A stretch of 64,000 nucleotides of DNA, taken from contig JAYSUJ010000024.1 of assembly GCA_043719155.1 (NCBI GenBank), positions 3,424 to 67,423 of the forward strand, read 5' to 3'. This document shows positions 49,389 through 59,672 of this stretch, piece after piece. The translations under genes were made by a program, and so were the position numbers. Position 1 is the first letter of the stretch. Each line of letters starts with the position of its first letter. This stretch comes from a bacterium. GTDB lineage: Bacteria > Patescibacteriota > Minisyncoccia > Phycocordibacterales > UBA5272. Below the pieces are notes generated by a model that was not told where the DNA came from, searched no databases, and saw only the letters and a program-made list of their open reading frames with translations.

Positions 49389-49820
49389 TTATTTAGCTTG
49401 GGCGAGGGCACTTGTCAATGACTCTACAAAAGCTGGGCTGGTATAAGATGCTCCGGAGACCGCGTCAACATTGGCAGACTGAACCTTTATGGCCTCTTGT
49501 TTTAAGATAGGTAAAGCACTCTGATTTACTTGTCTAGATCGGTCTTGCTCATCAGCATAGGATAAAATTTCCACGTCCACTAAAAACCCATTTTTAATAA
49601 CAGCTGCTACTTGCAATGTCCCATAGTAAGCATCTATAGCCGGACCAGTAAAGGTACCATCTTTCGCAAAACTTCCCCTCGTTGTATTAGCATAAACTTC
49701 AGTAGACTTTTCTATAGAATTTACCACCTCTTCTTCTGAAGGAGAGTACCTATAAAGTGCATAAGTTAAAAAAGTGCTCACCACCAAAATTGATAAAATA
49801 TTTTTCTTAAATAAAACCAT
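49389..49820 (-). CDS. FMN-binding domain protein
   Basis: The C-terminal DAVSGASYTSPAFVESL is the FMN_bind motif, which carries the Thr/Ser that ApbE flavinylates. Confidence 0.55.
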   Translation of the reverse strand: MVLFKKNILSILVVSTFLTYALYRYSPSEEEVVNSIEKSTEVYANTTRGSFAKDGTFTGPAIDAYYGTLQVAAVIKNGFLVDVEILSYADEQDRSRQVNQSALPILKQEAIKVQSANVDAVSGASYTSPAFVESLTSALAQAK

Positions 49821-49842
49821 GCTTGTACAGTATAAACTAAAT

Positions 49843-50391
49843 TTATTTTTTTGAATTTATTTTCTGAAAAATTAAAATTAATGAAAGTATAGAGATGGCA
49901 CTGAAGGCTAAAATAGCCATAAGTGGTATGGTTATAAACCCAAATACTAGAATAGAGCTTTCAGTACAGGATGGTGTAAGTCCAACTACCGAGCAAGCCA
50001 TATCTATTTTGTTTCCAAGCACAATATTTTGATAGTGAAAGTAATAATGGTAAGCAGCTATCAGTCCTCCACCCAAAGAAAGCAGTAAAGTCAAAAACTC
50101 TATATCTTTCTTTTTGAAATAAATTGCCCACAAAATAATCGCATCGATGGGAAACATAAAAATTCTCTGCCACCAGCAAAAATCACAGACAGGTGTGTAA
50201 TAAATAAATTGATAAGCCAAAACCGATAGAGTAGAAAAAATTGAGGTGAAGCCGATTAATTTTAAAATAAAAAAATAATCTAAATCCAAGTTTTGCCAAA
50301 ATTTATCTACCAAAAAAATGGTTAGAGAAAACAGAAAAAACAAAACAACCGACACTGAAAGAAAAGTTGAAAATGTATCTACATCTAGCAT
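49843..50391 (-). CDS. DsbB/BdbC-like disulfide bond formation membrane protein
   Basis: Four TM helices. CDFCWWQRIF supplies the first periplasmic-loop Cys pair, with the QR, and a second Cys pair follows at MACSVVGLTPSC. Confidence 0.5.
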   Translation of the reverse strand: MLDVDTFSTFLSVSVVLFFLFSLTIFLVDKFWQNLDLDYFFILKLIGFTSIFSTLSVLAYQFIYYTPVCDFCWWQRIFMFPIDAIILWAIYFKKKDIEFLTLLLSLGGGLIAAYHYYFHYQNIVLGNKIDMACSVVGLTPSCTESSILVFGFITIPLMAILAFSAISILSLILIFQKINSKK

Positions 50392-50431
50392 ATTTATGTA
50401 ATATAAATTAACTTTAACAGATATCTAATTT

Positions 50432-50752
50432 CTAATCAAATTTAACCGCAGTCCCGATAGCTGTGACTGTAACCATATTGGAAATTTGTGTTTCTATAGA
50501 TACTCCTATAACAGCATCTGCACCAAATCCGACAGCTCTTTCCTCTAACTCTTTCAAACAACCATCTCTGGCGTCTTTTAAAGCATTTTCAAGAGTTGCC
50601 GACCTCCCACCAAAAAAATCTGTAACACTGGCAAATATATCTCTTACTACATTTACTCCAACTATGTTTTCTGCAGTAACTACACCAAGATAATTCAAAT
50701 TATCCTTTCCCTGCAAAACATCTGTTGTAGTAATTAGAATTTTATTCTTCAT
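50432..50752 (-). CDS. YbjQ/UPF0145 (DUF74) family protein
   Basis: ITTTDVLQGK...GVVTAENIVGVNVVRDIFASVTDFFGGRS... matches along the full length. Confidence 0.8.
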   Translation of the reverse strand: MKNKILITTTDVLQGKDNLNYLGVVTAENIVGVNVVRDIFASVTDFFGGRSATLENALKDARDGCLKELEERAVGFGADAVIGVSIETQISNMVTVTAIGTAVKFD

Positions 50753-50765
50753 ATGAAAGTATTTT

Positions 50766-50966
50766 TTATTTAAAATTTGCTAAAATCTTATTCTGTTCCG
50801 CTAATTGTTTTCTGAAACTGTCCAATTTATTTTTTTGCATTAAATTTTTGTTTTTAATTTTATCCAATATAGCAATTTCTGTAGCTAGTTGATCTATACG
50901 TTTCTGCACATTTTCTTTCTCTAAGTGTGTCTGAGCTCCAAATATCATTCTTGGTTCTGGCATATA
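50766..50966 (-). CDS. Small coiled-coil hypothetical protein
   Basis: Start trimmed to the Met at 50966. Weak call. Confidence 0.2.
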   Translation of the reverse strand, partial: YMPEPRMIFGAQTHLEKENVQKRIDQLATEIAILDKIKNKNLMQKNKLDSFRKQLAEQNKILANFK

Positions 50967-50968
50967 AA

Positions 50969-51394
50969 CTAAATTGACAAAATGTAAGCCGCTATTTGTA
51001 GACCGATAAACGTATAACCTATCATTATTGCAATTTGCTTTGGCCAATAACTTTTTTTAGTGCCACCCCAGATTACTGAGGCAACTTGTATCGGCATCAT
51101 ATAGCCCAACCACATAAAGAAAGCATAGAACTGGGCTGCTACACCCTGCAGGTTACCAAAAGCTAGGTTACTAGCTAAAACAAAAGTAGTGATAATCGTC
51201 AATATCAGTTGCAGACCGTAAAATGGCATCATTTCTTTTTGCATTTTATCCATTTGTTCTTTGGTCCATTTCTCACAATCTTCGTTCATTATTTTCATCC
51301 ACAATTTACCAAACATAAGTGGTGAGTGCCAGACAGCACCTAGTACAAACTGTACTACAACAGCGGCAACAACTAGTGCAAAATTTATTTCCAT
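50969..51394 (-). CDS. DUF1761-like membrane protein
   Basis: LGAVWHSPLMFGKLWMK motif with four TM helices. Confidence 0.45.
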   Translation of the reverse strand: MEINFALVVAAVVVQFVLGAVWHSPLMFGKLWMKIMNEDCEKWTKEQMDKMQKEMMPFYGLQLILTIITTFVLASNLAFGNLQGVAAQFYAFFMWLGYMMPIQVASVIWGGTKKSYWPKQIAIMIGYTFIGLQIAAYILSI

Positions 51395-51434
51395 ATATTT
51401 ATTCTTTTTTTTAGTCTTTTAAACAAATATAAGT

Positions 51435-52136
51435 CTAACTTACATTTGGTTTTTTCACAAAACGCAAAATAAAACTGGTACCCACATCCTCTACAATTAC
51501 CTGCCCACTTTCTATTTCATTTTTGTAGACAATATTTATAATTTTCAGAAAAATTTTAAATCTTCGCTCTTCTACTTCTAACCTTTTAACAAACTCCAAA
51601 CTAGACCTCATGTTTATAAACTCTAAAAGCTCTGGGTCTGAGTCCACAGCAACCTCTGTCTGACTCAGTTCATTTTTGTACATACCCACCAAAACAAAAG
51701 GCGGCTGCGACTCTAACATTTTTTTATCATATTTATCACTTAAATACTTTCGCAACTTATCCACAATCTCTAAATCATCGGAGTGCTGAAAATAAAAAGC
51801 TTTTACAGATTCGTCAATTGTCAAAATACTATTAAGAATTTTTTTAAGATTTTTGCCGTAAAGTCGCAGATTCATTTGTCCTTGCATATCGGCAAAACCG
51901 TATTCCTCAGTTTTTAAGGAAACTTCCAGGTTAGCATCATTGTCATAAAAGTAAGGAGAAGCCCGAACTACAAAAACAAATCCATGCGAAAGATATTTGT
52001 ACACATAACTCTCCAGCTCTGGTTCTGGGTTATCCACTTTGTACAAAGTGTCTAGACCTAAGCAATCTTCTTGGCTGTCTACATTTTTAACTTCCAACAC
52101 AGCTTCTGGTTTATTTATATCTTCTGGTATTTTCAT
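51435..52136 (-). CDS. Hypothetical protein
   Basis: 233-aa ORF. Confidence 0.3.
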   Translation of the reverse strand: MKIPEDINKPEAVLEVKNVDSQEDCLGLDTLYKVDNPEPELESYVYKYLSHGFVFVVRASPYFYDNDANLEVSLKTEEYGFADMQGQMNLRLYGKNLKKILNSILTIDESVKAFYFQHSDDLEIVDKLRKYLSDKYDKKMLESQPPFVLVGMYKNELSQTEVAVDSDPELLEFINMRSSLEFVKRLEVEERRFKIFLKIINIVYKNEIESGQVIVEDVGTSFILRFVKKPNVS

Positions 52137-52159
52137 ATAGTGTAGTATGTTTAAAAAAA

Positions 52160-53197
52160 CTATTGGGTTTTTGTAGTTTCCTGTATTCCATATTTAATAC
52201 CCTTGTCCGCCTCGGCGGTCGGCTGAATAAACTTTCCTTTTGCACATTTCTGCACAACATTTACACCTGTTTGTGTCATTTGCATATCAGACGCTTTACA
52301 GTAGGTGCCTGTCGTTGCGTGGAAACCTCCCGCACTCTTAATTACATTTTTCCCTGGGTCTCCTAGCTTTTGTGAGCCCATTGGCATAAGTAAAACAACA
52401 TCCACCTGTTTAGCATTTACTGCTTTAGACTCTCCTCCTTTTGTAGCTTTTTCCACATTACTTTTACCTTTAACAATAGCTCGACACTCTTTTTCCCGAC
52501 CATTGACCACTACACCAGTTTTAGGATCTATTTTAATCGCGCAGCCGATATCCTCTGTTATTTTAAAACTATCTTCCGGTTTAAGTCCTTCACTTGTTCT
52601 CTTGATTAAACTTTCATCCACAGTAGCCCCAGGGTTTTTTGGGTCTTCGGTAATGGCTTTGGTTTTTGCGTTAGCTTCGGCTTTTTCTTGTCCAGTTTTG
52701 TCATAACCACTTTTACCATCTTTATCTTTTACCAATCTACTGATAACTTCTTTCTGATACGCATTAGCAGCATCATCTTTAATGCTTCCTTTTACACCCC
52801 AAAGATTTTTAACAGCATTGAACACAGTATCCATTCTTCGCATTTTTGCTTCTTGGGAATTTTCAGGTTGTTCATTCCAATTTTCTCCATACATTAATTC
52901 CATCCCCTTTTGAACTTCCGGGGAATAGGTATTTCTTCTTTTAACAAGTTCATACTCCTCAGTCCTTGCCCGCTCTTCACTTTTGTAAAAAAAATCACTC
53001 AACCATTGAGAACCCTTGGCTACCCCCATTAAAGACTTACCCGGTGGGGTTACGCCTGCAATTTCTACGGCTGAGCCATAGAAAAGTCCCATCCTGTCAT
53101 CTCTATCAGTATCTGGGTCAGAAAATGAATACACCTGTGCATTCACACTCTCGAGAGTAGATAAAACTGACAGCACGACCAGCAACAGTAATTTCAT
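52160..53197 (-). CDS. Secreted hypothetical protein
   Basis: Signal peptide MKLLLLVVLSVLSTLESVNA. Lys-rich. Confidence 0.4.
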   Translation of the reverse strand: MKLLLLVVLSVLSTLESVNAQVYSFSDPDTDRDDRMGLFYGSAVEIAGVTPPGKSLMGVAKGSQWLSDFFYKSEERARTEEYELVKRRNTYSPEVQKGMELMYGENWNEQPENSQEAKMRRMDTVFNAVKNLWGVKGSIKDDAANAYQKEVISRLVKDKDGKSGYDKTGQEKAEANAKTKAITEDPKNPGATVDESLIKRTSEGLKPEDSFKITEDIGCAIKIDPKTGVVVNGREKECRAIVKGKSNVEKATKGGESKAVNAKQVDVVLLMPMGSQKLGDPGKNVIKSAGGFHATTGTYCKASDMQMTQTGVNVVQKCAKGKFIQPTAEADKGIKYGIQETTKTQ

Positions 53198-53303
53198 ATT
53201 TTAATTTTATACAAAGTATACATTAACAATTGGCATATCAAAACAAGTTCATTTTAAAATGAAACAAAATATGCTATAATGTCAAATAAATTATACAAAC
53301 CTT

Positions 53304-54062
53304 ATGGATAAAGACAATACAATTTATATTTTTGGAAAAAATGCAGTACTCGGAGCTCTGGAAAACCGACCAGACACAATAGAAAGAATATTTTTAGAAA
53401 ATGGTAAGAAGTTCGACAAAGATTTTGAAAAGAAGGTTTTAGACTTGGTAGAAAAGAACAAAATCAAGAAAGAAATTGTCTCGACTGGTGACCTGTCAAA
53501 GGAGATGCAAACCTCCAACCATCAAGGAATTTTAGCCAAAGTGCGCATCGACAGCCTGACTGTGGACTTTGACTATTTTTTGGAAAACTTAGAGATAGAT
53601 GCAAATACTTGTGTCCTACTTTTAGGAGAGCTGCAAGACGTACAAAATGTGGGGTCTATCATTCGCTCGGCTACGGCATTTGGCATTGCTGGCATCTTGA
53701 TCCCCGAACATGACCAAGCCCAAGTAACTAGTACAGTGGTAAAGGTTTCTGCAGGGACCGCTTTCTCTATCCCCCTTGTAAAAATAAACAACGTAAACAA
53801 TGCTATCGAAAAATTAAAAGAAAAAAGATTTTGGATCTATGGCTTGGACATGTTTGGTGAAAAAAGTATTTTTGAAGAAAAATATACTGAGGCCACTTGT
53901 TTTGTAATCGGCAATGAAGGAGACGGCATACGCCAGAAAACCAAAGAAGCTTGTGACATGCTTTTAAACATACCCATGTCTCAAAATGCTGAAAGTCTAA
54001 ACGCCTCGGTTTCCACAGCTGTGGCCCTGTACGAGTGGAGAAAGCAGAAGTTGAGTAACTAA
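53304..54062 (+). CDS. rlmB: SpoU/TrmH-family rRNA 2'-O-methyltransferase (RlmB-like)
   Basis: N-terminal substrate-binding domain plus SPOUT motifs NVGSIIRSATAFG, FVIGNEGDGI and ESLNASVSTAV. Confidence 0.8.
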   Translation: MDKDNTIYIFGKNAVLGALENRPDTIERIFLENGKKFDKDFEKKVLDLVEKNKIKKEIVSTGDLSKEMQTSNHQGILAKVRIDSLTVDFDYFLENLEIDANTCVLLLGELQDVQNVGSIIRSATAFGIAGILIPEHDQAQVTSTVVKVSAGTAFSIPLVKINNVNNAIEKLKEKRFWIYGLDMFGEKSIFEEKYTEATCFVIGNEGDGIRQKTKEACDMLLNIPMSQNAESLNASVSTAVALYEWRKQKLSN

Positions 54063-54066
54063 AAAA

Positions 54067-56301
54067 TTAGAAACCGAAGTAGTCTCCTAAATTTTCTGTG
54101 TACTGAAAACTTGGTTCTGAATACTGGTCATAGTTTGCAAAAAGTTTGAACTGCAGCTCTACACCTCCTCCAATAATATTCCCAAACTCATCTTTCTGCC
54201 TCTGAACTTCAATTACCATTTTATCAGATAAGCTTTTTTTATCTCCCAATTGAGCAATAAACTCAGCTATTCTTATTTTAACAAGTAAACTTTCCTCTTC
54301 ACTTATGTTATCCAGTAGAACCAACCTTGTTTTATGTTCATTTTTCAAAATTTCTGCCTCCCACAAAATTGCTCTAGAAATACCTCTATCGAGACGGTTC
54401 ATAAAACCAATTAAGCTGGACTTAAAAGCACTAATACTCTTTTCTGTTTTAGGATCTGGGGCTTCTACTCCCTGCCTTGTTAAATACCCCATTACTCGAT
54501 GCAGCCTTGTAACTTTTCTTGGTTTTGGTTCAAAATAAACAAGCAGATCCCCAGTTTCATTGAAACTAATGTCTACCTTTAAATACTTCATTACATTTGT
54601 ATATTCGTAGTTTTCCGGAACATCCGCAAAGTTAAATCTAACATCTTGGAATGCATCAAAAACTTTTACCTGATCCTGCTTACTCAAATCATTGATTTTA
54701 ATCCCTGTAAAATTTGGTTTTGCCGACTCAACAAATCTTGTAAAATCATTTCTTTTTTTGTGATACTCAACATTAAAAGTTTCATCTACCATGAAAGATG
54801 CCCATGGTCTTAATGACTTATAGGAATACCCTACACTACGTTGAATTGGCACAGACAAAAAACTAAATTGTTTTTTACTTAGTTTTTGCATTTCTTTTTC
54901 TCTTTCACCTTCTGGAACTGGTAAAATTAGCTTTTTTAAATTTTGACTTGTTTCTGGAACTATATTATGTAAGATAAAGTTAGCAGCAATTTCAAGACAT
55001 GCCACAGGGTCTGTTGAAACAAACCTAAGAGATTCTCTTATACTAGGGTTGTATAGTTCATGAATCCCATCTGCCATTATGCCCATAGGAACTTGTAATA
55101 TTTTATCAAATGCCGCACTAACAAATTTAAAAGTTTCAGTTTTTTTATAATTTACATCTAAAGTATCGTCTTTAGAGTGTGTATCTGGATGGAGAATTTT
55201 GGCCAAGTCTTTTTTTATTTTGGCCAAGTCTTTGGTATCCGGCACTTCATCTAATACAATTTTGTTCTTTATCTGAGTTTCAGCATCTTGTTTATCTTCA
55301 TCTTCCCCGAACTCGCGAGAGATTTTTAGCCAGCCGAAATTTCCTCCTACTAGCAACTTTTCTTTTGAGCTCATCTCCCAACCCTTGCCAGTATTTTTAG
55401 GTTTGATTATTTTTCCTGTTTCTCTTTCATATGTTACTCTATTTACTTCATCTATAAATCGCCTATACCAAGTCTTGCTTGGGTTTGTTTTGTTCTCACC
55501 TGTAAGTTCCCAGTCTTCAGTAATTGCATTGTGAAAAATTTCTTTATCTATACCAAGACTTTCACCCACATCTGCCAATAACCATGTCAGCTTTGTCAAT
55601 TCTCTAGGGTAAGCAAAGTCAGAAAACTCTGGGTTGCCATGTAAAATAAAGGCAAGAAGTTCTGCGGCGGCTTCATTAGCCCAGACACCACTTTTTTTAA
55701 CTTTTTTTTCTACAACAATTTTATCAGTAGCAGTGTCCCTGCTTTGAGTTGCCACTACCGTTCCTCTTCTTAGACCAACTTTATTTATTACACTAATGGA
55801 TGACTCCCCTCCAACTTGCCTGACTTTTGTATTTGAGCTTTGCCCACTCAATAAATGTTGCATTTCGTGTTTAATATAAAAAATAAAGGACTCTTTACTT
55901 ATATCTCCTGCTTCGTACTCTTTAAGCAGTTCTGGACTTATGTTCAAAACATTTTCAAAAGAATTATATTCTGCACCACCATGTGAGAGGTCCGCTAATA
56001 CAATTTTTAAGCTGAAAATTTTATCAAAATTTTCCAAATATCCTTTGGGTAGATCGCCAGTAGCAACTAGTTTTTTAACGTCGATGATGGCTTTTTCTAA
56101 AGTATCTTTTACTAGAAAATAAACTTTTGGATGACCTTCTTGAAAACTTTTAATAGTACCCTCAACAACTACCACTTCTCCTGTCGGCACCGTTTTAACA
56201 TTTGGCTGTATTTGACTTATCGGCAACTTAGATGGTGTCTTAGATAGAAGGTTAAGGTCAAATCGTGAGTCTAAACTTGGTCCTGCAGGTGTAAATTTCA
56301 T
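54067..56301 (-). CDS. Large hypothetical protein with an HExxH motif
   Basis: YIKHEMQHLLSG is a zincin-like HExxH. A J-domain-like fragment DLAKILHPDTH is not convincing. Confidence 0.3.
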   Translation of the reverse strand: MKFTPAGPSLDSRFDLNLLSKTPSKLPISQIQPNVKTVPTGEVVVVEGTIKSFQEGHPKVYFLVKDTLEKAIIDVKKLVATGDLPKGYLENFDKIFSLKIVLADLSHGGAEYNSFENVLNISPELLKEYEAGDISKESFIFYIKHEMQHLLSGQSSNTKVRQVGGESSISVINKVGLRRGTVVATQSRDTATDKIVVEKKVKKSGVWANEAAAELLAFILHGNPEFSDFAYPRELTKLTWLLADVGESLGIDKEIFHNAITEDWELTGENKTNPSKTWYRRFIDEVNRVTYERETGKIIKPKNTGKGWEMSSKEKLLVGGNFGWLKISREFGEDEDKQDAETQIKNKIVLDEVPDTKDLAKIKKDLAKILHPDTHSKDDTLDVNYKKTETFKFVSAAFDKILQVPMGIMADGIHELYNPSIRESLRFVSTDPVACLEIAANFILHNIVPETSQNLKKLILPVPEGEREKEMQKLSKKQFSFLSVPIQRSVGYSYKSLRPWASFMVDETFNVEYHKKRNDFTRFVESAKPNFTGIKINDLSKQDQVKVFDAFQDVRFNFADVPENYEYTNVMKYLKVDISFNETGDLLVYFEPKPRKVTRLHRVMGYLTRQGVEAPDPKTEKSISAFKSSLIGFMNRLDRGISRAILWEAEILKNEHKTRLVLLDNISEEESLLVKIRIAEFIAQLGDKKSLSDKMVIEVQRQKDEFGNIIGGGVELQFKLFANYDQYSEPSFQYTENLGDYFGF

Positions 56302-56333
56302 ATCTCTATCACTTGAGTATACCTAGAATTATT

Positions 56334-58133
56334 TTATATTTCAACCGCCTCCCCATTTTTAATATACTCTTCCCAAGAATTTTTAAACTCAATATTGTTT
56401 TCTAACAAGTACTCAAAACTTCCGTCTGCTACAATTTTACCTTCTTCCATTATCAAAATTCTATCAAAATATTTTAACAAATTCATTTTGTGTATTGAAG
56501 CCAAAATGGTTGCTTCTTTAAAATTATTAAAAATATTTTGATAAATTTTTACTTCGTTGTTTGGGTCAACAGAACTTGTAGATTCGTCCAGCAAAATAAG
56601 TTTTTTATTGCCTGAGAAAAGCAAGGCTCTCGCCAAGGCAAGTCTTTGTTTTTGTCCACCAGACAAGTTTACCCCTTTTTCATTTACTATTGACTCTATT
56701 TTATTTGGCAGAGCCTCGACAACCTCTGAAAACATGGCCATGTCTGTTGCGTTTTTTATCTGTTCATCTGTGAATTCTAAAAGTAGAGTTAAGTTTTCTT
56801 TTATACTTGCGGAAAATACTTCTGGCTCTTGGGGCACAAGAGTAGACAGGATATTTATCTTACCGATTTCGTAATTTTCGAATCTCTTTGTGTCAATTTC
56901 CATGTCTGCTTTTACATTTTCATACATACCATGCAAGACTTTTAAAAGCGTAGACTTGCCACTGCCACTTTCACCTATGACAGCTATCTTTTCCCCGACA
57001 TTAAAACTAAAGTTAAAATCTTTTAAAACTCTAACTTTCTGTCCACTACCTAGATCATAGTCGAAGTTTAAATTCTCAACTTTCACTTTTTTCCAGTCTT
57101 TAAATATTTTTCTTTTACTTATGTTTCTACTTTCAAACTCATCTTCGATGATACTTACATTTTTTATTCTGGCTTTAAAAATCATATACTCTTCATACAT
57201 GCTAGCAAAAGTGTCAAATACTCCATCTAGGTTTGAGAGGTAAACATAGAGTGCACTAATGGTCCCAGCTAAAATTGCAGCCCCAGCTGTATATTGAACG
57301 TAAATGTATAAAGTAAGAGGAAACAAAATCACCACTTGTAAAAGCTGCGAACCTGTAAACCATTTTAATTCTACAAGTTTTTTATTTTTTATGTAAAGCG
57401 GGTACGAAGAAAGCCAAGAAGTGTTTATACTTTCTTGCACTGGGGACTCGATACTTAAAACTTTTACTGTTACCACGTTTGAAATAGAGTCATAGACTTT
57501 GGCTGAGGACCTATTATCAAACACATTCATGGCTCTATACTGAGGCACTAAAATTTTATCAAATCTTGCAATAATATAGAACACAATGAAGAGAAGGGTT
57601 ATGGCAAGCAACGCCACATAAAGGTCAAAGAAAATAAGTATGGCTATGGTGCCTACAGTTCTTACTAGAAATCTTATTATCACGAAAATATTTCGAGAGA
57701 AACCAAACAAGGACTCTGTGGCCTTGTTTACCTTGTCTATCAGGTCGCCCGAATCTCGGTCGGCATGCCAAGCTATAGGCAAACTTAGAACTGCGTTGTA
57801 TAAATATTTTTTGTAGTTTCTGTCTACAAAATACGCCACTCGTCTTTCCATGACTCTGGACGGCCCATGAAAAGCCCATGAAAATAACCTAACCACAAAC
57901 AAACTTGCAATACAAAAATAAATAAATTTTATATTTGCTTGGTTTAGACCATTGGTTTGCAGCTCATTCAAAATTTTGGCAAAAATAATAGGTGGAGTGA
58001 GCCAAATAAGCTGGGCAACAAGCGACATTAAAATAAAAATAATTACCAAATGCCTGTAACCTTTTGCGAACCTCCACATTTTTGAAAATAAAAACACAAC
58101 AGGCTCCTCTTTAAAACTTTTTTTAAAACTCAT
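56334..58133 (-). CDS. ABC exporter with fused permease and ATPase
   Basis: Six-TM N-terminal domain, Walker A GESGSGKST, LSGGQKQRLALARA and ILLDESTSSVD. Confidence 0.85.
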   Translation of the reverse strand: MSFKKSFKEEPVVFLFSKMWRFAKGYRHLVIIFILMSLVAQLIWLTPPIIFAKILNELQTNGLNQANIKFIYFCIASLFVVRLFSWAFHGPSRVMERRVAYFVDRNYKKYLYNAVLSLPIAWHADRDSGDLIDKVNKATESLFGFSRNIFVIIRFLVRTVGTIAILIFFDLYVALLAITLLFIVFYIIARFDKILVPQYRAMNVFDNRSSAKVYDSISNVVTVKVLSIESPVQESINTSWLSSYPLYIKNKKLVELKWFTGSQLLQVVILFPLTLYIYVQYTAGAAILAGTISALYVYLSNLDGVFDTFASMYEEYMIFKARIKNVSIIEDEFESRNISKRKIFKDWKKVKVENLNFDYDLGSGQKVRVLKDFNFSFNVGEKIAVIGESGSGKSTLLKVLHGMYENVKADMEIDTKRFENYEIGKINILSTLVPQEPEVFSASIKENLTLLLEFTDEQIKNATDMAMFSEVVEALPNKIESIVNEKGVNLSGGQKQRLALARALLFSGNKKLILLDESTSSVDPNNEVKIYQNIFNNFKEATILASIHKMNLLKYFDRILIMEEGKIVADGSFEYLLENNIEFKNSWEEYIKNGEAVEI

Positions 58134-58219
58134 ATTTAAACTAGTATAACAGAGATATTTTTTACCATGTCCTTTACAAAAATGTAATTTTGTGTTATAA
58201 AATAATAGGAGGTACCCAG

Positions 58220-58402
58220 ATGAAACTTATCCTAGTTTTACTACCTCTGACTCTACTTGTAGGCTGTGCGAACACCCAAATACAGGTACATGTCCCCAAG
58301 CTCAAGCAATGCCTGGACCTAAACAGCTCCAACATCGGCCTTTGCCAAGAGCAGCCAAAATTTGGGACATCTATCTGGGTTCAGCACACTGTCGAGTTTT
58401 GA
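58220..58402 (+). CDS. Small lipoprotein in a GC-rich patch
   Basis: MKLILVLLPLTLLVGC has a lipobox and an AGGAGG RBS lies 8 nt upstream. A GC-rich terminator follows. Confidence 0.45.
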   Translation: MKLILVLLPLTLLVGCANTQIQVHVPKLKQCLDLNSSNIGLCQEQPKFGTSIWVQHTVEF

Positions 58403-58408
58403 GTCGGG

Positions 58409-58436
58409 CCGGAAGCGACAGCTTCCGGTCTTTTTT
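58409..58436 (+). terminator. Intrinsic terminator
   Basis: ccggaagc-gaca-gcttccgg followed by tttttt. Confidence 0.7.
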
Positions 58437-58443
58437 CTTTATT

Positions 58444-58962
58444 TTATTTAATGTCTTTTAAAATTTCTTCCGCGTGTTTTTTTGTGTCAACTTTTCCATA
58501 CACCTTTTCTACCTTCCCTTTTTCGTCAAACAAATAAGAGATTCTGGAGGTGCCAAAATATTTTTTTCCATACATACTTTTTTCTTCCCAGACTCCAAAC
58601 TTTTTTATTATTTCTGTGGATTCATCCGACAGTAAAATAAAATTTAATTTATATTTTTCTTGAAACTTTTTATGACTTTTTACTGAGTCTTTTGAAATGC
58701 CAACTATCTTAACACCCTTATTCTCAAAATTTGTAAAAAAATCCCTAAACCCGCAAGCCTCAGTAGTACAGCCTGGAGTATCGTCTTTTGGATAAAAATA
58801 AATTAGTATTTTTTGTTTTAGTTTTAACAAATTTTTACTACTCACACTTGCTCCGTCTTGGTCTGTTAGCTCAAATTCTGGCATTTTGTCTTTTATTTTT
58901 AACATATATTTATTCAAAAAGTTTAGCATAAAAAATACCCGTCTTTGCCTGAGTTCAGACAA
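58444..58962 (-). CDS. bcp: Peroxiredoxin Bcp (AhpC/TSA family)
   Basis: FYPKDDTPGCTTEACGFRDFF carries the peroxidatic Cys. Confidence 0.85.
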   Translation of the reverse strand: MSELRQRRVFFMLNFLNKYMLKIKDKMPEFELTDQDGASVSSKNLLKLKQKILIYFYPKDDTPGCTTEACGFRDFFTNFENKGVKIVGISKDSVKSHKKFQEKYKLNFILLSDESTEIIKKFGVWEEKSMYGKKYFGTSRISYLFDEKGKVEKVYGKVDTKKHAEEILKDIK

Positions 58963-58973
58963 AGACGGGTTAC

Positions 58974-59672
58974 TTACATCCTGATCTCACTCAGGAGTTT
59001 TGACAGAGCCAAGCGCTGGTCGTCAGCTTCGATTATTTGACTACTGATAACTAAACGTGTGGCCCCAGCGAGCAAGGCTGTCCGCGGTGTTTCCACGCGT
59101 TTTTGGTCGCCATGTGGCACCCCGTCAGAGCGAGAGCCGACAGCAATGAACTCCATCCCTTTCAGGTCTGGGTCCACTGCCAAGCTCCACACTTCTTGTG
59201 GAGAGCAGATGACCCCATGACAACCAGCAACCTTGGCTTTGCGGGCCAAACTTTGCACAACCGTAGCTACGCTCTTATTGAAAGTGTCGACGACTTGGAC
59301 CGGAGTCAAAGACGTCAAGACTGTCACAGCGTAAACGGTTAGCCCAGAGTCAACAGCGGCTTTCATCATGTCGATGCCGCCAGAGGCATGCACCGTGACA
59401 ATGTCGGTCCCGTTGGCCTTTAGTTTTTTGGCACTATTGGCCACAGATTTCGCAATGTCATGAAGCTTTAGGTCGAGAAAGACCTGTTCAGCCCCAACGT
59501 CCTTTAGTTCCGAGATGACTCTCGGGCCAACATCGTGGTAAAGGTCATGGATTTTGACTGCAAAGGCTCCCCGAGCCAAGTCTTTGGTAAAGACTTTAGC
59601 ATTTCCGAGACCCATGTCGTCTAAACCAAAGATTAGGCGATTCATCATTTCAGACTCCGAAAAGTTTCTCAA
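58974..59672 (-). CDS. pyrF: Orotidine 5'-phosphate decarboxylase in a GC-rich patch
   Basis: IFGLDD...VKIHDLY...FLDLKLHDIA (the KLHDI catalytic Lys motif) and a C-terminal phosphate-binding region. Codon usage is conspicuously GC-rich relative to the flanks. Confidence 0.75.
   Translation of the reverse strand: MRNFSESEMMNRLIFGLDDMGLGNAKVFTKDLARGAFAVKIHDLYHDVGPRVISELKDVGAEQVFLDLKLHDIAKSVANSAKKLKANGTDIVTVHASGGIDMMKAAVDSGLTVYAVTVLTSLTPVQVVDTFNKSVATVVQSLARKAKVAGCHGVICSPQEVWSLAVDPDLKGMEFIAVGSRSDGVPHGDQKRVETPRTALLAGATRLVISSQIIEADDQRLALSKLLSEIRM

Noticed and set aside
54067-56301. J-domain (DnaJ-like) assignment for the 744-aa protein based on KILHPDTH
   Set aside because: Only a short HPD-containing fragment without the surrounding helix pattern. 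Insufficient evidence.
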